This document shows, piece by piece, positions 47,600-58,800 of a stretch of 64,000 nucleotides of DNA (position 1 is the first letter of the stretch; each line of letters begins with the position of its first letter). The notes below the pieces were generated by a model that ran no database searches, had not been told where the DNA came from, and worked only from the letters and a program-made list of their open reading frames with translations. The translations under genes and the position numbers were made by a program. The stretch is from Raillietiella orientalis. Lineage: Eukaryota. The stretch covers positions 1,240,001 through 1,304,000 of the forward strand of contig JAYWIR010000038.1 of the NCBI GenBank assembly GCA_036172245.1. The letters run 5' to 3'.

Positions 47600-48560
47600 A
47601 TTTCAGGCTCCGGCGACTCCATGGAAACCGAGAGGCAGGGGAAGCGGCTCCTGCAAGTGGAGACCTCGTGAAAGGGAGGACCGTCCTCACCCTCGTCTTG
47701 CCAGCCTTCTCTTGGGGTCTTCCGATGGCTCTCAGCGCCATCGCGGGAGGTCTGCGGACCGACCTTTCGGGGAGGCAACGAAGCCAATCTCTGTGAGTGA
47801 AGAGAGAGGTGGCGCGGTCGGCGGCGGGCGTCAAAGACTCGACTTCGTGCGGGCAACATCCGGACTCCTTTCGCCCCGTCGGAACTGTTTTCTCCTCTCT
47901 CCCTGCCCCAGCAATCCCCGAGTGGCCTCCCGGGCTCCCGTAGCGACGGAAGGCTGGGCCTCCGGTGCGCATCGGAGCTCCGGGAATTCCGGCGCGAAGA
48001 GCCATCTATGCGTTCGTAGGGAAACGACGGAGGAAGACGCTCAAGGGAAAGGATCGTCGCGGCCGGAATTTGGACCGTCCTGGAAGGGATTCACCGTTCG
48101 GGAGAAAAGGAACCTGGAGGACGAAAAGAATGCTCCTGCTTCCCGGATCTGAAGACCGGAAACGCGAGCTAATCGCCACGGGAACTCCCGGCGGCCGTCC
48201 GTCCAGGTTGCCGCTCACCCCCATCCTCCCTGCGGTTGCAGACCTTGTCCTTGCAGACCAGGTCCCAGGAGGAGAGATCCATTCCTAGACCACGAATCCA
48301 GGATGGCCATCCTGAGTCTTTCCCCCACTCTGAGAGCAGTTTTGGGAGAAGAGCGACCGACGAAGGACGCAGCAGTCCGGGCACTCCGTCCGTCCTGCGC
48401 CTGCCATCCCCTGAAGGGACCGACCATCCAAGAGGCGTTAGAGGAAGGAGGAGGGACCAGCGACCTCGGAGGACATGCGCGGTTCGCGGCTCTTCCCGGG
48501 TCACTGGCAGAAGGAAGAGAGGAGCAGGTCACGTGGATTCCGGCGCTACTGCTACGTCTC
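47600..48560 (-). mobile_element. Decayed LINE RT fragment
   Basis: RTDGVPGLL (GPDG.P..L), VPVAISSRFR (RPI...S), EKTVPTGRK (QNGFR.GR) and SLFTHRDWLRCLPERSVRR...LRAIG (F.D...AYD.V.R..L...G). Confidence 0.45.
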
Positions 48561-48895
48561 GCCGGCTCCGACAGCTTTCTTGTGGCCCTGACCTTCCGAG
48601 GTCCTCCGTCGAGGAACCATGACTGAGGCGGCTGTGGTGCAAGAAAGCTAGCGAGGCAGCAGGGGCCCAGTGCGCGCGCGCGTGCCTTGCAGAGCTCCGT
48701 GCTAAACGCTGCGCGGTCCCGCGAATTATTCGGAAAGGGGGGACAGAGGAGAAAGATGAGTCTCCCAGAACGTCCAAGATGCCGCTGAGTCTTCCAGAGC
48801 ATGTGTGACATGCCTTACAGAGCTCTCACTGGGCGAGGAGGAGGATCTTACGTGCGCGATGCGGTGCTCGCTCTGTCGAAGTCTTCAAGATGTCT

Positions 48896-49025
48896 GGAAA
48901 TTTTTCCGCGGCACCATCGCTGTAAAGTGGGCGGATCGGAACATCCCACGGTCGACCCCACGAGGCGCAGTGGGACGGTTGCCAGGAAACGAGTTGTGGT
49001 GGGAAGGAGCAGAGGAAAGACAGAA
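48896..49025 (+). repeat. Right arm of the ~130-bp inverted duplication; runs directly into SINE-like copy C
   Basis: Reverse complement of 47046-47174. Confidence 0.9.
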
Positions 49026-49039
49026 GTCTTCAAGGTCTG

Positions 49040-49720
49040 CGTGGCGCTGAGCGTCGCGGGTTCCAATCCCGACCGGGGAATGGTCGTCCTCCAGAAAAAT
49101 AGGAGGCGCGTCGTGGGTTCCGAGTCCCCCTCGCAGGATGGCTCTGGCTGGCCTCGGTTGGCTTCGGGTGCGGCACTGATCAAAGCCAGATGCCCCGCTG
49201 ACTGTCTGGGATTAAAAGTTGACCCCCCGACGTCTCTCCAGAACATCGAAGAGTCTTTCGGGGTTCCCCTCCGGTTGGGAAAAGCCCCCCCCCCTCCTCG
49301 GGATGGACGACCCTTCATCACGTTGCATGGAACTGGCTGATGACTCTTCAGAGTGTCGAGAAGAGCGCTGACACCTTCCAGGAGAGCCCTTCGAGGAAAT
49401 CAGGAAGCGTACTTTCAGGGTTCCTCTTCAGAAGGAGAAACAGGGAACGGATCCTTTCCAGGAGGCATCCCTCCGGAGAGAATAAGGAAGGGGTTCCCTT
49501 CGGAGACAACCAGGGCGAGACTTCCCCTCCCAAGAGAGGAACGGATTCCTCCCGCTGGAGTCCTTGGACTCACAGGGTGTCTTTCCTGGGTCACTTCCTT
49601 TAAATTGAAGAGTCACATGCACCCTCGGGCGACGTGGACAGTTCCAGGAGCTCTGCGAGCCCCCCCAAGAAGGCGAGAGGTTCTTCAGCACCCCTTGAGG
49701 ACCAAAAAAGAAAGAAAACC
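49040..49720 (+). mobile_element. SINE-like family, copy C
   Basis: GTGGCGCTGAGCGTCGCG followed by GGTTCCAATCC (49059-49069), the shared body, TAAATTGAAGAGTCACATGCACCCT (49601-49625) and an A-rich end. Confidence 0.7.
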
Positions 49721-51039
49721 CGAAAGAGAAAAGGTTGGAAGAATCCAGGAGGATTTCCTGACGGGCTGCAGGAAATCCTTTCGGGATCGAAGTTCGCTCT
49801 CTCGGAGGACCGTGTTGCATCTGCAGGACGCAGAGGGAGCGCCACCTGTTGTACTGCCTGCAAGAGTTGTTGCTGTCAGACGGCTTCAACCGGCAGACAG
49901 CGGGCTCTACACGCGCCATGTCGGTGCCCTCGTGTGTTGGAGCGCACCACGATGCGTCTGATTGGTCCACCCTTACCCAAGCAGTTTCGCGGTTCCCGTG
50001 TAGCTCGGCTGCATCCCTTACGTCCCACGATGCCCTCGAGGCGTCCGCCGCCACCCACTCGGACGGGCACGTGCGTCCCAGAGGGTTCAAAGAGGAGAGC
50101 GGGATTCTGCTTTGCCGTGCCTGCTCGGGTGTCGGTCGATCTTCGGAAGAAACTAAGAGTCGTCGAGTACTTTCTCTGCTTGAGCTTTCCTTTCGATTGC
50201 TTCAGGGCCTCGCCCCGAGTTTGGCGACAGCTCCCGGGGAATCAGCTGGTTCCCGCCGGTCTTTCCGGACATGTGAGTGCCAGGAGACTTCGCGCCGAAG
50301 GGTGTGTGGCTGAAGGAGAAGCCGCGGAGAAAATCGAAGGAAACATTCGGAGAAGGACACTTTCCCTTTCACCCTCAGGCATCAACGCCCCGGTTCCCTT
50401 GGCAACGTCCTCCGGGAGGCAGAAACCAGGAGAACACGCTCTAAGTGGCTCAGCAAGAGGATGCGGCACAGCAGAGGCATCTGCTGGATCTGTCTCGATA
50501 TCGGGACACCCCTCGAACGACGGAGGGGAGGAGAGAAGAGGGAGGGGGGGGGGGGCGAACTTGCGTAGTCGGAACACCAGAAGGAGACTGATGCATAACC
50601 GTGCGCAGGCAGAATCGGCGCAGCGGAGAAAACTTCTTGGAGCTCCCGTCTCGGGGACCTCCTTGCCAGGATATTCCACCGCGTCTGCGTGCGACCGGGA
50701 AGCCGAGTTGTGCGTCGGCGCTTCCTGGAAAGGCGCGAGCAAAGGTGGGGGGGGGGGGACGCGGAAGAACTTTCCTCCGCACCTGCTTCCACGAGGTCCT
50801 TCTTCCCTTCCTTCGTTGAGAGCTCTTTCCCGGCGAATCTCCTCCTCCTCCTCCCTTCCCCCCCGACCCCACGCGCGGGTCGGTCGGTTTCCCGCTGCTC
50901 GCGTCCTCCGAGAACGACCGCGCCTTCCCCCTCCTCCTCCTTCCTGGCAGGCGAAGGAGGCGGTGGAACACCGTAGCTCAGCTACGATGTTCTTGGCATC
51001 CGGAGAAAGCGAAGGAGGGGGAGTGGGAAGCACAGACGC

Positions 51040-51860
51040 ACGAAAGTATTGGGTGAACATTAATTACCGAGCGTTGCGGTGGTCTCCGAGACACCGTGGA
51101 AACGAGACAGCGACCGTTACCCTGTTTACCATGGAGACGGGAGTCGAACAAAATATGAGGAATGGCCACCGCTCGAGCGCGCACGACACGCGGGCCGGCG
51201 GTTGCGCGCGTCCGCGCGCCTCGGGTCTCCGGGGAGCGACGTCGGGAACGCGCCATCCAAGCACGCCGTCCGAAGTCGTCGGGATGAGGCGCCGCCGCCG
51301 CCGGGGGGGGGGGGGACGCGCTACTCCTGCTGAGGCAGACGCAATTACGGCTAAGCCTTTCGTTTCTTCCTCGCCAAGCGTCTCGATAAATAGGCCTCAT
51401 TGTTTCGCCGGGAAATCCCGGGGCGCGCGCGCGGGGTGAAACAATGGGGGGGGGCAGCCCGGAGCGACGCGGGGAACGCAAAACAAACAGCGGAGGCGTT
51501 TTGCGGATAGGGGGAGGCCCAGGAAGAGAGCGAGACGGCAACAAACAGAAGATGAATGTAAATAGGTCTTTCGTAAACAACCGGCCGCATCCCTGGGACG
51601 CCAATGAAGACAAAAAAAGGAAAAAAAATAAAAAAACACAGAGTCACGATGGTTCCTGATTAATTTCTCCCGTTGCCAGGAGATGTTTATTCGCCGTGAT
51701 TCCCCTACATTCTCTGCAATGAGCCCGCTATTAGAGTGGTGTTTTTGTCGCGCGATTCAATCAGCTGATTGATTTGTATTGTTTTGCTTTTTTTTGACCT
51801 CCTTCCCCCCCCCCCCCACTCAGTGGGGACTTTTCTGGATAATGATGTCAAAGAGCAGGC
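51040..51860. promoter_or_regulatory. Candidate enhancer (AT-richer, motif-dense island)
   Basis: Inverted Sox sites (51398-51404, 51440-51446) flank GGGAAATCCC (51410-51419). Fox cores at 51123, 51558 and 51573, TAAT/ATTA clusters, and the palindrome TCAATCAGCTGATTGA (51757-51772). Confidence 0.4.
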
Positions 51861-52749
51861 CCCGATTCGAAAGCAAAAACAGAGAAAAGAACAAAAAAAA
51901 AAAAAGGAAAAGGGGAAGGGGGAGGGAAGCGAGAGGACCACGGAAACGGACGGACGGACATGGCCGCCGCCGCTTCCCGGATGCGGCCGCGCCAGCGTTT
52001 ACGCGGCGCGTGCACGGCGAAGGCGCGCTCGGAGCAACACCGGTGGTCAAGAGTGGCGGCGCGCGCTTCCGCCACCTCCCCCCTTTTCCCTTCCTCCGCT
52101 CCCGGCGGATCCCCGACGCACTGCCGTGGAAACGTCAATGGCGCGCGGGGGGAATGCGGACGCGCGCGCGCGGTAGCCGCCGCCACTCCCGCGTCCGGCT
52201 GGAGCGGCTCGGCTTGCCGGAAGATCCCGGAGCACAAAAGCACTGCGACCATAAATTACCCCCTCACCCCATCCTTTGATGCTCTCAGCCAAATCAATGC
52301 AATTCCGCCGAGCGTCGCGGACCCGCCGAAGAGAGGACCCTCCTTCAGTACGCGCCAAGCGCGCCATGACCGTGGGGCTGACGCCTTGACGTCGGGACGG
52401 ATTCGCGATGGGTGGGAAGTGAAGCGGAGCCGAACGGCCGGAAGACCTGATGAGGCGCCTATTGGGAAGGCGGAGGGGTTCCCTCGCGGAGGTGGAAGGG
52501 GTTCCATCCAGGGGATGCCGCGATGCACAGCTCCCGGAGGTTCCAGAATGTGCTCCGGTAGCGCCTGCGCTCACCGAACCTGTATGGGATTCGTTCCGCA
52601 TTTGGCACAGGCAGCGTGCGTGCCCGGAGGGGCCTTCTGCAGGCGCCACCATCTCGTCGCCTGATCGGGGACCCTGCTGGCCGTCGTTCACCCTAGCTGG
52701 CGACCCAGAATGTGCCCCTTTGTAATGCGGCCATGCCGGTTGTTGCTAA

Positions 52750-53720
52750 GCAGCCAACCCCGTCCTCTTCATGTTTTCTGCCGCCACGCGAGGTGGCTCC
52801 AGTCCTCTGAGTGCCTGGTCCTGGGTCTCTCCTCCGTCGGCGGAAAGGAGGGCAGCTGCCTGTTCCCCTCAATTCGACGCGCTCCTTCCAACACTACTGC
52901 AGGGTTCCCCACAAGGATAGACAATGTCCAGCACGATGACTCCACTCGTTTCGGAGCGACAGGTCATTCGGGGAGAGTTTCAAGTCGCTTGCTGCAGGGA
53001 CTGGATGGCCACCAGCCCTCATTTTCCTCGAGCCACTTCAACTGGAAGACTTACGGTGTCCAAAGACCCTGAACATGTGTAAAGACTCTTAGGATGTGCA
53101 AGGACTCTTGTGGTGTCCAAAGGCTCTTACGGTGTCGACGTTCGATATGGCTGTCTGCAGAAAACGTTGGCCTCCCCGACAGCCAGGGACCACCGACAAA
53201 CATCGCTTTCCAAAGCGGCAGGCGTCTCGCGGGTTGGAAGCGGGAAAAATCCTCTCTGGGCACACCGCCGGGGGCAGTTCTTTGCACCTGCACCGGGAGG
53301 CACCCAGGGGAACCACAGGATTCCCGTGCACGCTCGGAGCAACAGACCAGCCGGCAGCATTCCAACGATCGTGCTCCATTCTGACCGTGGTCCATTTGCA
53401 GCAGCATCCTTGGAGATGGCTCCAAACCGGAAGCGGAACCTCGAAGTCCCGTTTCGCGCAGAGCCTCCGGTCGCGGCTCCAGCGCCCTCCTCGCTCTAAA
53501 GTCTTTCGGAGACCATCGCACTCTTGGACTGTCATCGGAGCTCCTGACCACTTGGTTCCTTTCTTTGATCGACCCTGGAAGCCCTCCCTGGTCTTCCTTC
53601 CGTGTAAGCAAGATCGTGCGGACGTTAGGGGACTCCTGGACTTCCTATCTTCGACGTTCGGTCCCAGGTCCGAGAAGCTATGTCTCCTGCGTGTCGCTAG
53701 GAGCCTCGAAAGATGATTCG
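52750..53720 (-). mobile_element. Decayed LINE RT fragment
   Basis: ORF 53051-53611 has EDQGGLPG (Q.GF..G), KDFRARRALE...LRETG (D...AFD...L...G), GGVPREDFS (GVPQGS.LS), TFSADSHI (YADD) and QESL (LQ..L). Confidence 0.55.
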
Positions 53721-56700
53721 TGGATGAAATCCAAGGCGGTGAGGATCCTCCCTCCTACTGGGTCTCGGGATTGGCCACCTTTCTTTTCCCCGGGCCGCCT
53801 CTCGCGAGAGGGAGCGTCTGTCTTCCTCCGGAAAGAGGGGAGAGGAACGAGACGGGCGAGAGATGGCGCTCCTCCGAGTTCTGGAGCTTTCGGAGTCTTC
53901 CCGGGAGTTCTGCTTTCTTCTGGAGAGGCCGAAGCAGGGCTCCCCTCCTTCCGGGTGTGCCGAGGGGCTTCCGAACGGGAATTCGCGACCCACCGCAGCC
54001 GCGACTAGCGAGTGCCTTGCTGCCCGCCGCGGTCCATGGGGATAGGCGGCGAGTCCGGAGGGGGCGGAGAAAGGGTTCAGGGGAAAAGGGATCTTCCGCC
54101 CGGACTCCCCTGAAGAAAGAGGCTGTCCCGGAAAATCGCGCCCGCCGACGTCGACTCTACCGGCTCCTTGCGCATCTGCCAGCGACCAGGGAACCCTCAG
54201 TCGCGAACGCTCCCCCGGGCAGGAGATCCTGTTCCCGGTGCTCTCCGGCTTCCATCGCCGTGACTGGGTTCGGCCCCCCGACCTTCCTTCAAGTAACCCG
54301 ATGGGATCCCCAGCGCCTGTTACGGAGGAAGGCACGGCGGGGAGGGAGGGGGGCGAAGGGACCTCAGGAGATAGAAGGCACCCCATTCGGAGTCCCCATT
54401 CGGTGCCGGAAGGGAGGACGTGGCCCTGCCTTCCTCGGAGGAGAAGGGAGGGAAGGAAGGGGAAGGGGGATCAACTTTCCGCGCGTTCCATTCAGAGGAT
54501 TCCTCCCCCATCTGATGCTGGAGGGAAGTCTGCGCCCTGTCTAAGTCTCTCTAAGCCAGGGGCGAGGCACCCCTACGCGGCCCCACGTCTTGTCATTTGC
54601 TTCTCCGCCATCTCGAGCGATGGGGACCCAACGCTCTTCTAGCCACGAAGACGCCTCTCTCCTCCTCCCCCTTTCCCGGGCGCGCGTCTCACTGACCCTT
54701 CGCCCGCGTGTTCCTTCCCCGCCTTTCGACCCCCACCTCCAATCTCCGAGCGATGGCTCGGGTCTCTACCCTGCCCTTCTTACATCCGGAACGGAGAAGG
54801 AGAGGAGGCGATGCTTCCGGGAAACCCGGAGCCCCTATCCGGGCCGTGGCCGCCTCGAGGTCCAGAGGCCGCTAAAGCGGGAGCTCTCAGCGTTCCCGTG
54901 CATCCCTCCCCACTCGAGGGGGCGGACGGGCTGGTCTTTCGGCTACTGCTGCCGCTACTGCTCCGCGACCGCCCACGTGTCCCGAGACCCCCCCCTTCCC
55001 TTTGGGAGCGCACCCTCCGGGGCGGATACCTCGAAGACGTGGGAAGAGGCGCCGTCGTACTTCCCGGGGCTCGAGAGGCGGGGACGCGCGGCAGCCCGGT
55101 CTGGAGTGCGCTCTTCGGGAAGGGAAGGAGGAGGGGTTGCCAGCTGACGTTCCCGTGCTCTCTGGGAAGGGGTGGTGGTCGGAGCTGCGTGAGGGCGTGC
55201 GGACGGGCCCCTTAGCTGGGCGATTCAGAGTGGCGCGCAAGCAGAAGGGGTCCCCACCAGCAGTAGGGCTTCGGGGGATGACGGGTGTTCCCTGCACGAC
55301 AGGTGCCTTTCTGACGGAGGAAGCGAAGGATCGAGGCGATGGGGATCGAAAAAGCTGGGTTCAGCGGGCGGTCTCCGGGCAACTCCAGGGGTTGCCCTTG
55401 CCCGCTTCCCAGATCTGTGGGGGGAAACCCGCGGGGACGATGCTCGCACGCGCGCGTGCTAGTCGCGTGCTCGCCTCGTGCAGGAGGTGCGCGAGGCGGT
55501 TCCAGGGTCCTGCGGGAAGAGGCGGGCGAGGCGCTGGGAGACTTCGCGGTCGTTCGGCGTCCCTCCTGCAGGGGGGAGGGGCAGGGGAACCGGCGCCTTT
55601 CCTTCTCGCTCGTCCTCCGGTCCTACACGACGCCTCCTCCGTCCGGTTTCTCGTCTCCTTGGAGACCGCGGCGATCCTTGAAGGGAAGGAAAAATCGATC
55701 GGTCGGTTCCGGATGGGCGTGGGCCCGCTTGTCACTCTTGGAGGGCCTCAAGGCCAAGAAGCTGGAAAGAAGAAGAATGAAAAAGTTGATCTCTGGCGCC
55801 TCCTCCTTTCCCTTTCTTTTTTTTTTTTTGCTCCCCTCCTCAACTTCTGTGTTGCCAGGGATACACCCCTCCCCGTTTGTCAACCCTGCCTCCGTCCTTC
55901 CCGCAGCCGCCACCTCCGGGGATCACGGATTGCCATCGTCCCGGAGGAGGGGTCCTCCTAGCGACGGCGGCCGTCGTCGGGAAGCAGCTGCGGCAGAGTC
56001 GCAGCCTCCTGGTATCGGAGCGTCGGCGTGCCGGGAGTTGAGGTCGGCGCGATGTGCGCGCGCGTTGGCCGTGGGTTGCCTGCAGGTCTTGGACGCGCCG
56101 ATGTTTGCGCGTAGCGTCAACGGACGCTTTCCTTCCCCCCTTCCCTCACTTGGCAGAAGACGGAGCTGTCGATTGCCGGAAGAGGCGACCTCTTTTCAGA
56201 GATCCATCCCGGGCGTCCCGTTCTCGAGGGCTCCTGGGGATCCCCGCCTGAAAGGACCCCTTCCCTCTTCTCGAGGAACGATCGCACGAGGGGTTGGGCG
56301 GAGCTTCCTGCTGACGACGCCAGGCGGTACCGACTACAGGGAGCCGCTCGCCAACTCGCCGAGTCGCGGGCACCCCGTGGGGACGAGGAGGGAGCCGGGA
56401 TGTGTGTGCCTCGCAGAGCCACTCGGAGCCGAGGAATGTGCCTCTTCCCCCTTTCCTCGCTGGCTCGCACTTCCGCCCTCCCCTCGCGTCCTTCTCGCTC
56501 ACTTCGTGCAGAAGATTGCGACGCCCCTGGACCCCCGGTGCAAGTTTGCCTCTGGGGGGGAGGGGACGACCCAGCCGGCGGGGAGAAACGGGAGGTCTCA
56601 GGCGTCTTCGTCCCTGGACGGGAGTCCCTCCCTCTCGGCGGCACCCACAGCCTCGCACTGGCGGCTCTAGGTCGCTGCGCCAGCAGAGCTTCTCTCCTTC

Positions 56701-57749
56701 CCACTTGGCGGTGTTCGGACCGCCCGCCCGCTCACGTCCGAGTCCCACCGAGCAACCCGGCAAGCCCACCCTTTCCATCTCCAGGTCAAGGTTAGTTCCC
56801 TCTCTATAAATAGCACACAGCGAAGCGCGCTCTTCGCAGACGGAGCGCAGGAGGCGCGGCCGAAAGGCGTGCGTGTGGGCGATGCGGCTGTTGTTGTTTT
56901 TCTCCGAAGAGGCAGCGGGCAGACCGCGCAAGAAGCGCCCAGTCACTCTCCAGGTGGGGGCGGGGGAGGAGCTGAGGTGCTGAGTAATCGGTGCTTGCAC
57001 ATTTCGAGGGCGTCATCGTCGTCCAGTTCTGTTTGATGGGCAGCTCCCCCGGCTCCCGTCCGGGCGCAGGGGGAAAGGGCACGCAGCTACCGCATGTGCA
57101 CGCGCCGCCTTACGGACTCTCGGGCCCCCGAGTCGATGCCCCCCTCTCCTTTTCCCTCCCTCCTGCGGCTCATCGCGTCGGAACTCTCGGAGGAAAAATC
57201 CCAGGCGGCGCACACGGTGTCCGCGGAAGAGGAAAATGACGGGATGGCAGGAGTGCAGAGCCAGTCGCGCCGGTGCGGAGGCGGAAAGCGCGCAGGAGAA
57301 GCTTCTCGCCGTCCTCAATAGATGGCGCGGCCACCTCGCTGCGGATCTCCAGCCTGAATTGCTTCTGATGGATGGATGAAAAATCTTGATAGTAGGGAAG
57401 GAAACGACCCAAAACGAAAGGGCGCAAATCCTTGCCGGGGATCAGAAATAGGGAGGGAGTGGAGGAGGGTCGAGTACACAGGTGAAGGAATGGGAAAGGT
57501 GCATGTGGGCCGTTGGGTATGGGAAGTTTCATCCAGTCTGCCCACAGTGAGACCCCTCACGCCCCAGATCGAGTCCCTTTATCGCACACTTCTCAGGAGC
57601 GGTGGTGACTCGAGGGCCCCTTGCACGGGCGGTCACATCCTTCCTCTGATCTGGTGATCGGCGCTGCTCGCGCGTGGAGCGGAATCTCCGGCGAAGAGGT
57701 ACCTGGCAGGCCTGAAACGATGAGCTTGCATGTAAAGAGGTCCTGTGGG

Positions 57750-58800
57750 ACAGCATCAGTACCCTTCCGGGATGCGCCTCCACGCCTCCTGCAGCTATCC
57801 GCACCCGAAAGGCACGTGTGGCTGGGTTTCCACTCTCTCGCCCGGCGGGGACGCGCCCCTTGGGGTCCTCTTCGCCGAGGCGCGGCGACGTTACTCGGTT
57901 CGGGGAAGGCCCTAGGGCGTTGGCAAGGTCGCGGCGTTCTCGTGACAGAGAGAGAGGACGCAGTCCCGAAGTCTTCTCGGGGAATTTCCGAGGGGATCGG
58001 CTCCGTCGTGGCGATCCTTGGGCGTGGCGCCATTCGCCAGAAGCGGCGTTCCCAGATGGACGACGGGCGTGGGGAGTCCCCACGCCCGTCACCTGCGGTC
58101 GCGGCAGGTCACCTCCCACCCTGCGGGAGAGTTTTCGGTCTCTCCCTGATCTAGCCGATGCGGGAGGGAAATGGCTCCTCGAGTCGGGTCCTGACCAAGG
58201 GGCGAGCATCGCCCAGTATCTCGCCTGGGAAGGGGGGTTCTGCGGGAGGTCCATGCCACTGCTGTTGCGGAGGACGGTGACTTCTCCAGAAGCATCTCCC
58301 GTGCCTGGTGGTTCCCGCTGCCACGCGTTTCCTTCCAGCGGTAGCAACCCTTCACACGCGGCACCATCAGGAAAAGCAGAGGGTGGCGCGGATCTCCCTT
58401 GTCCTCGCCTGAGACTGCGTGAAGGGATGGGCGCAGGTCCTTTGCACTCTGTTGCTGCGCTCCCCCGTGAGAACGCTCCAGGAGGGCGTGGGACATCCAC
58501 TGGGATCTCCTCGGTGGATTTCCAGCTGATTCGCTATCGGCGCCAACCAACGATGCCTGCTCCTGCATCCGTCCAGAGCAGGGCAATTCCGGACAAACGC
58601 GCTGGAGAGGACGGTGGACCGGTGGCACGGATTCAGCAGCTCCACGTGGTCGAGCGGTCTTACCGGGTTGCGCACGCGACCTCCGCCGCTTGTTGCTCGT
58701 GTCTTCTTGACCAGTGCATCACCTCGAGGGTGATCCAGCTTGGAGTGCGCGTCTGCGTCTTCGCGCGATCGTGGCCAGCGCGGTCTCGCAGAAGCGCGGA
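57750..58800 (-). mobile_element. Decayed LINE RT fragment
   Basis: RPLDHVELL (AFD.V...LL) and ARYWAMLAPWSGPDSRSHF (RYLG..LD..L.W..H). Confidence 0.4.

Noticed and set aside
49870..50090. Possible further RNase H relic (WCAPTHEG)
   Set aside because: A single weak motif, not enough to call.
49634..51439. 601-aa ORF
   Set aside because: Arg/Ala/Gly/Pro/Ser-rich, starts inside a repeat copy, crosses G homopolymers, and has no domain.
11199..58473. Dispersed Su(H) octamers (11199, 23328, 39872, 55038, 58466)
   Set aside because: A few are expected by chance at this length and composition; they are unpaired and several lie in TE relics.
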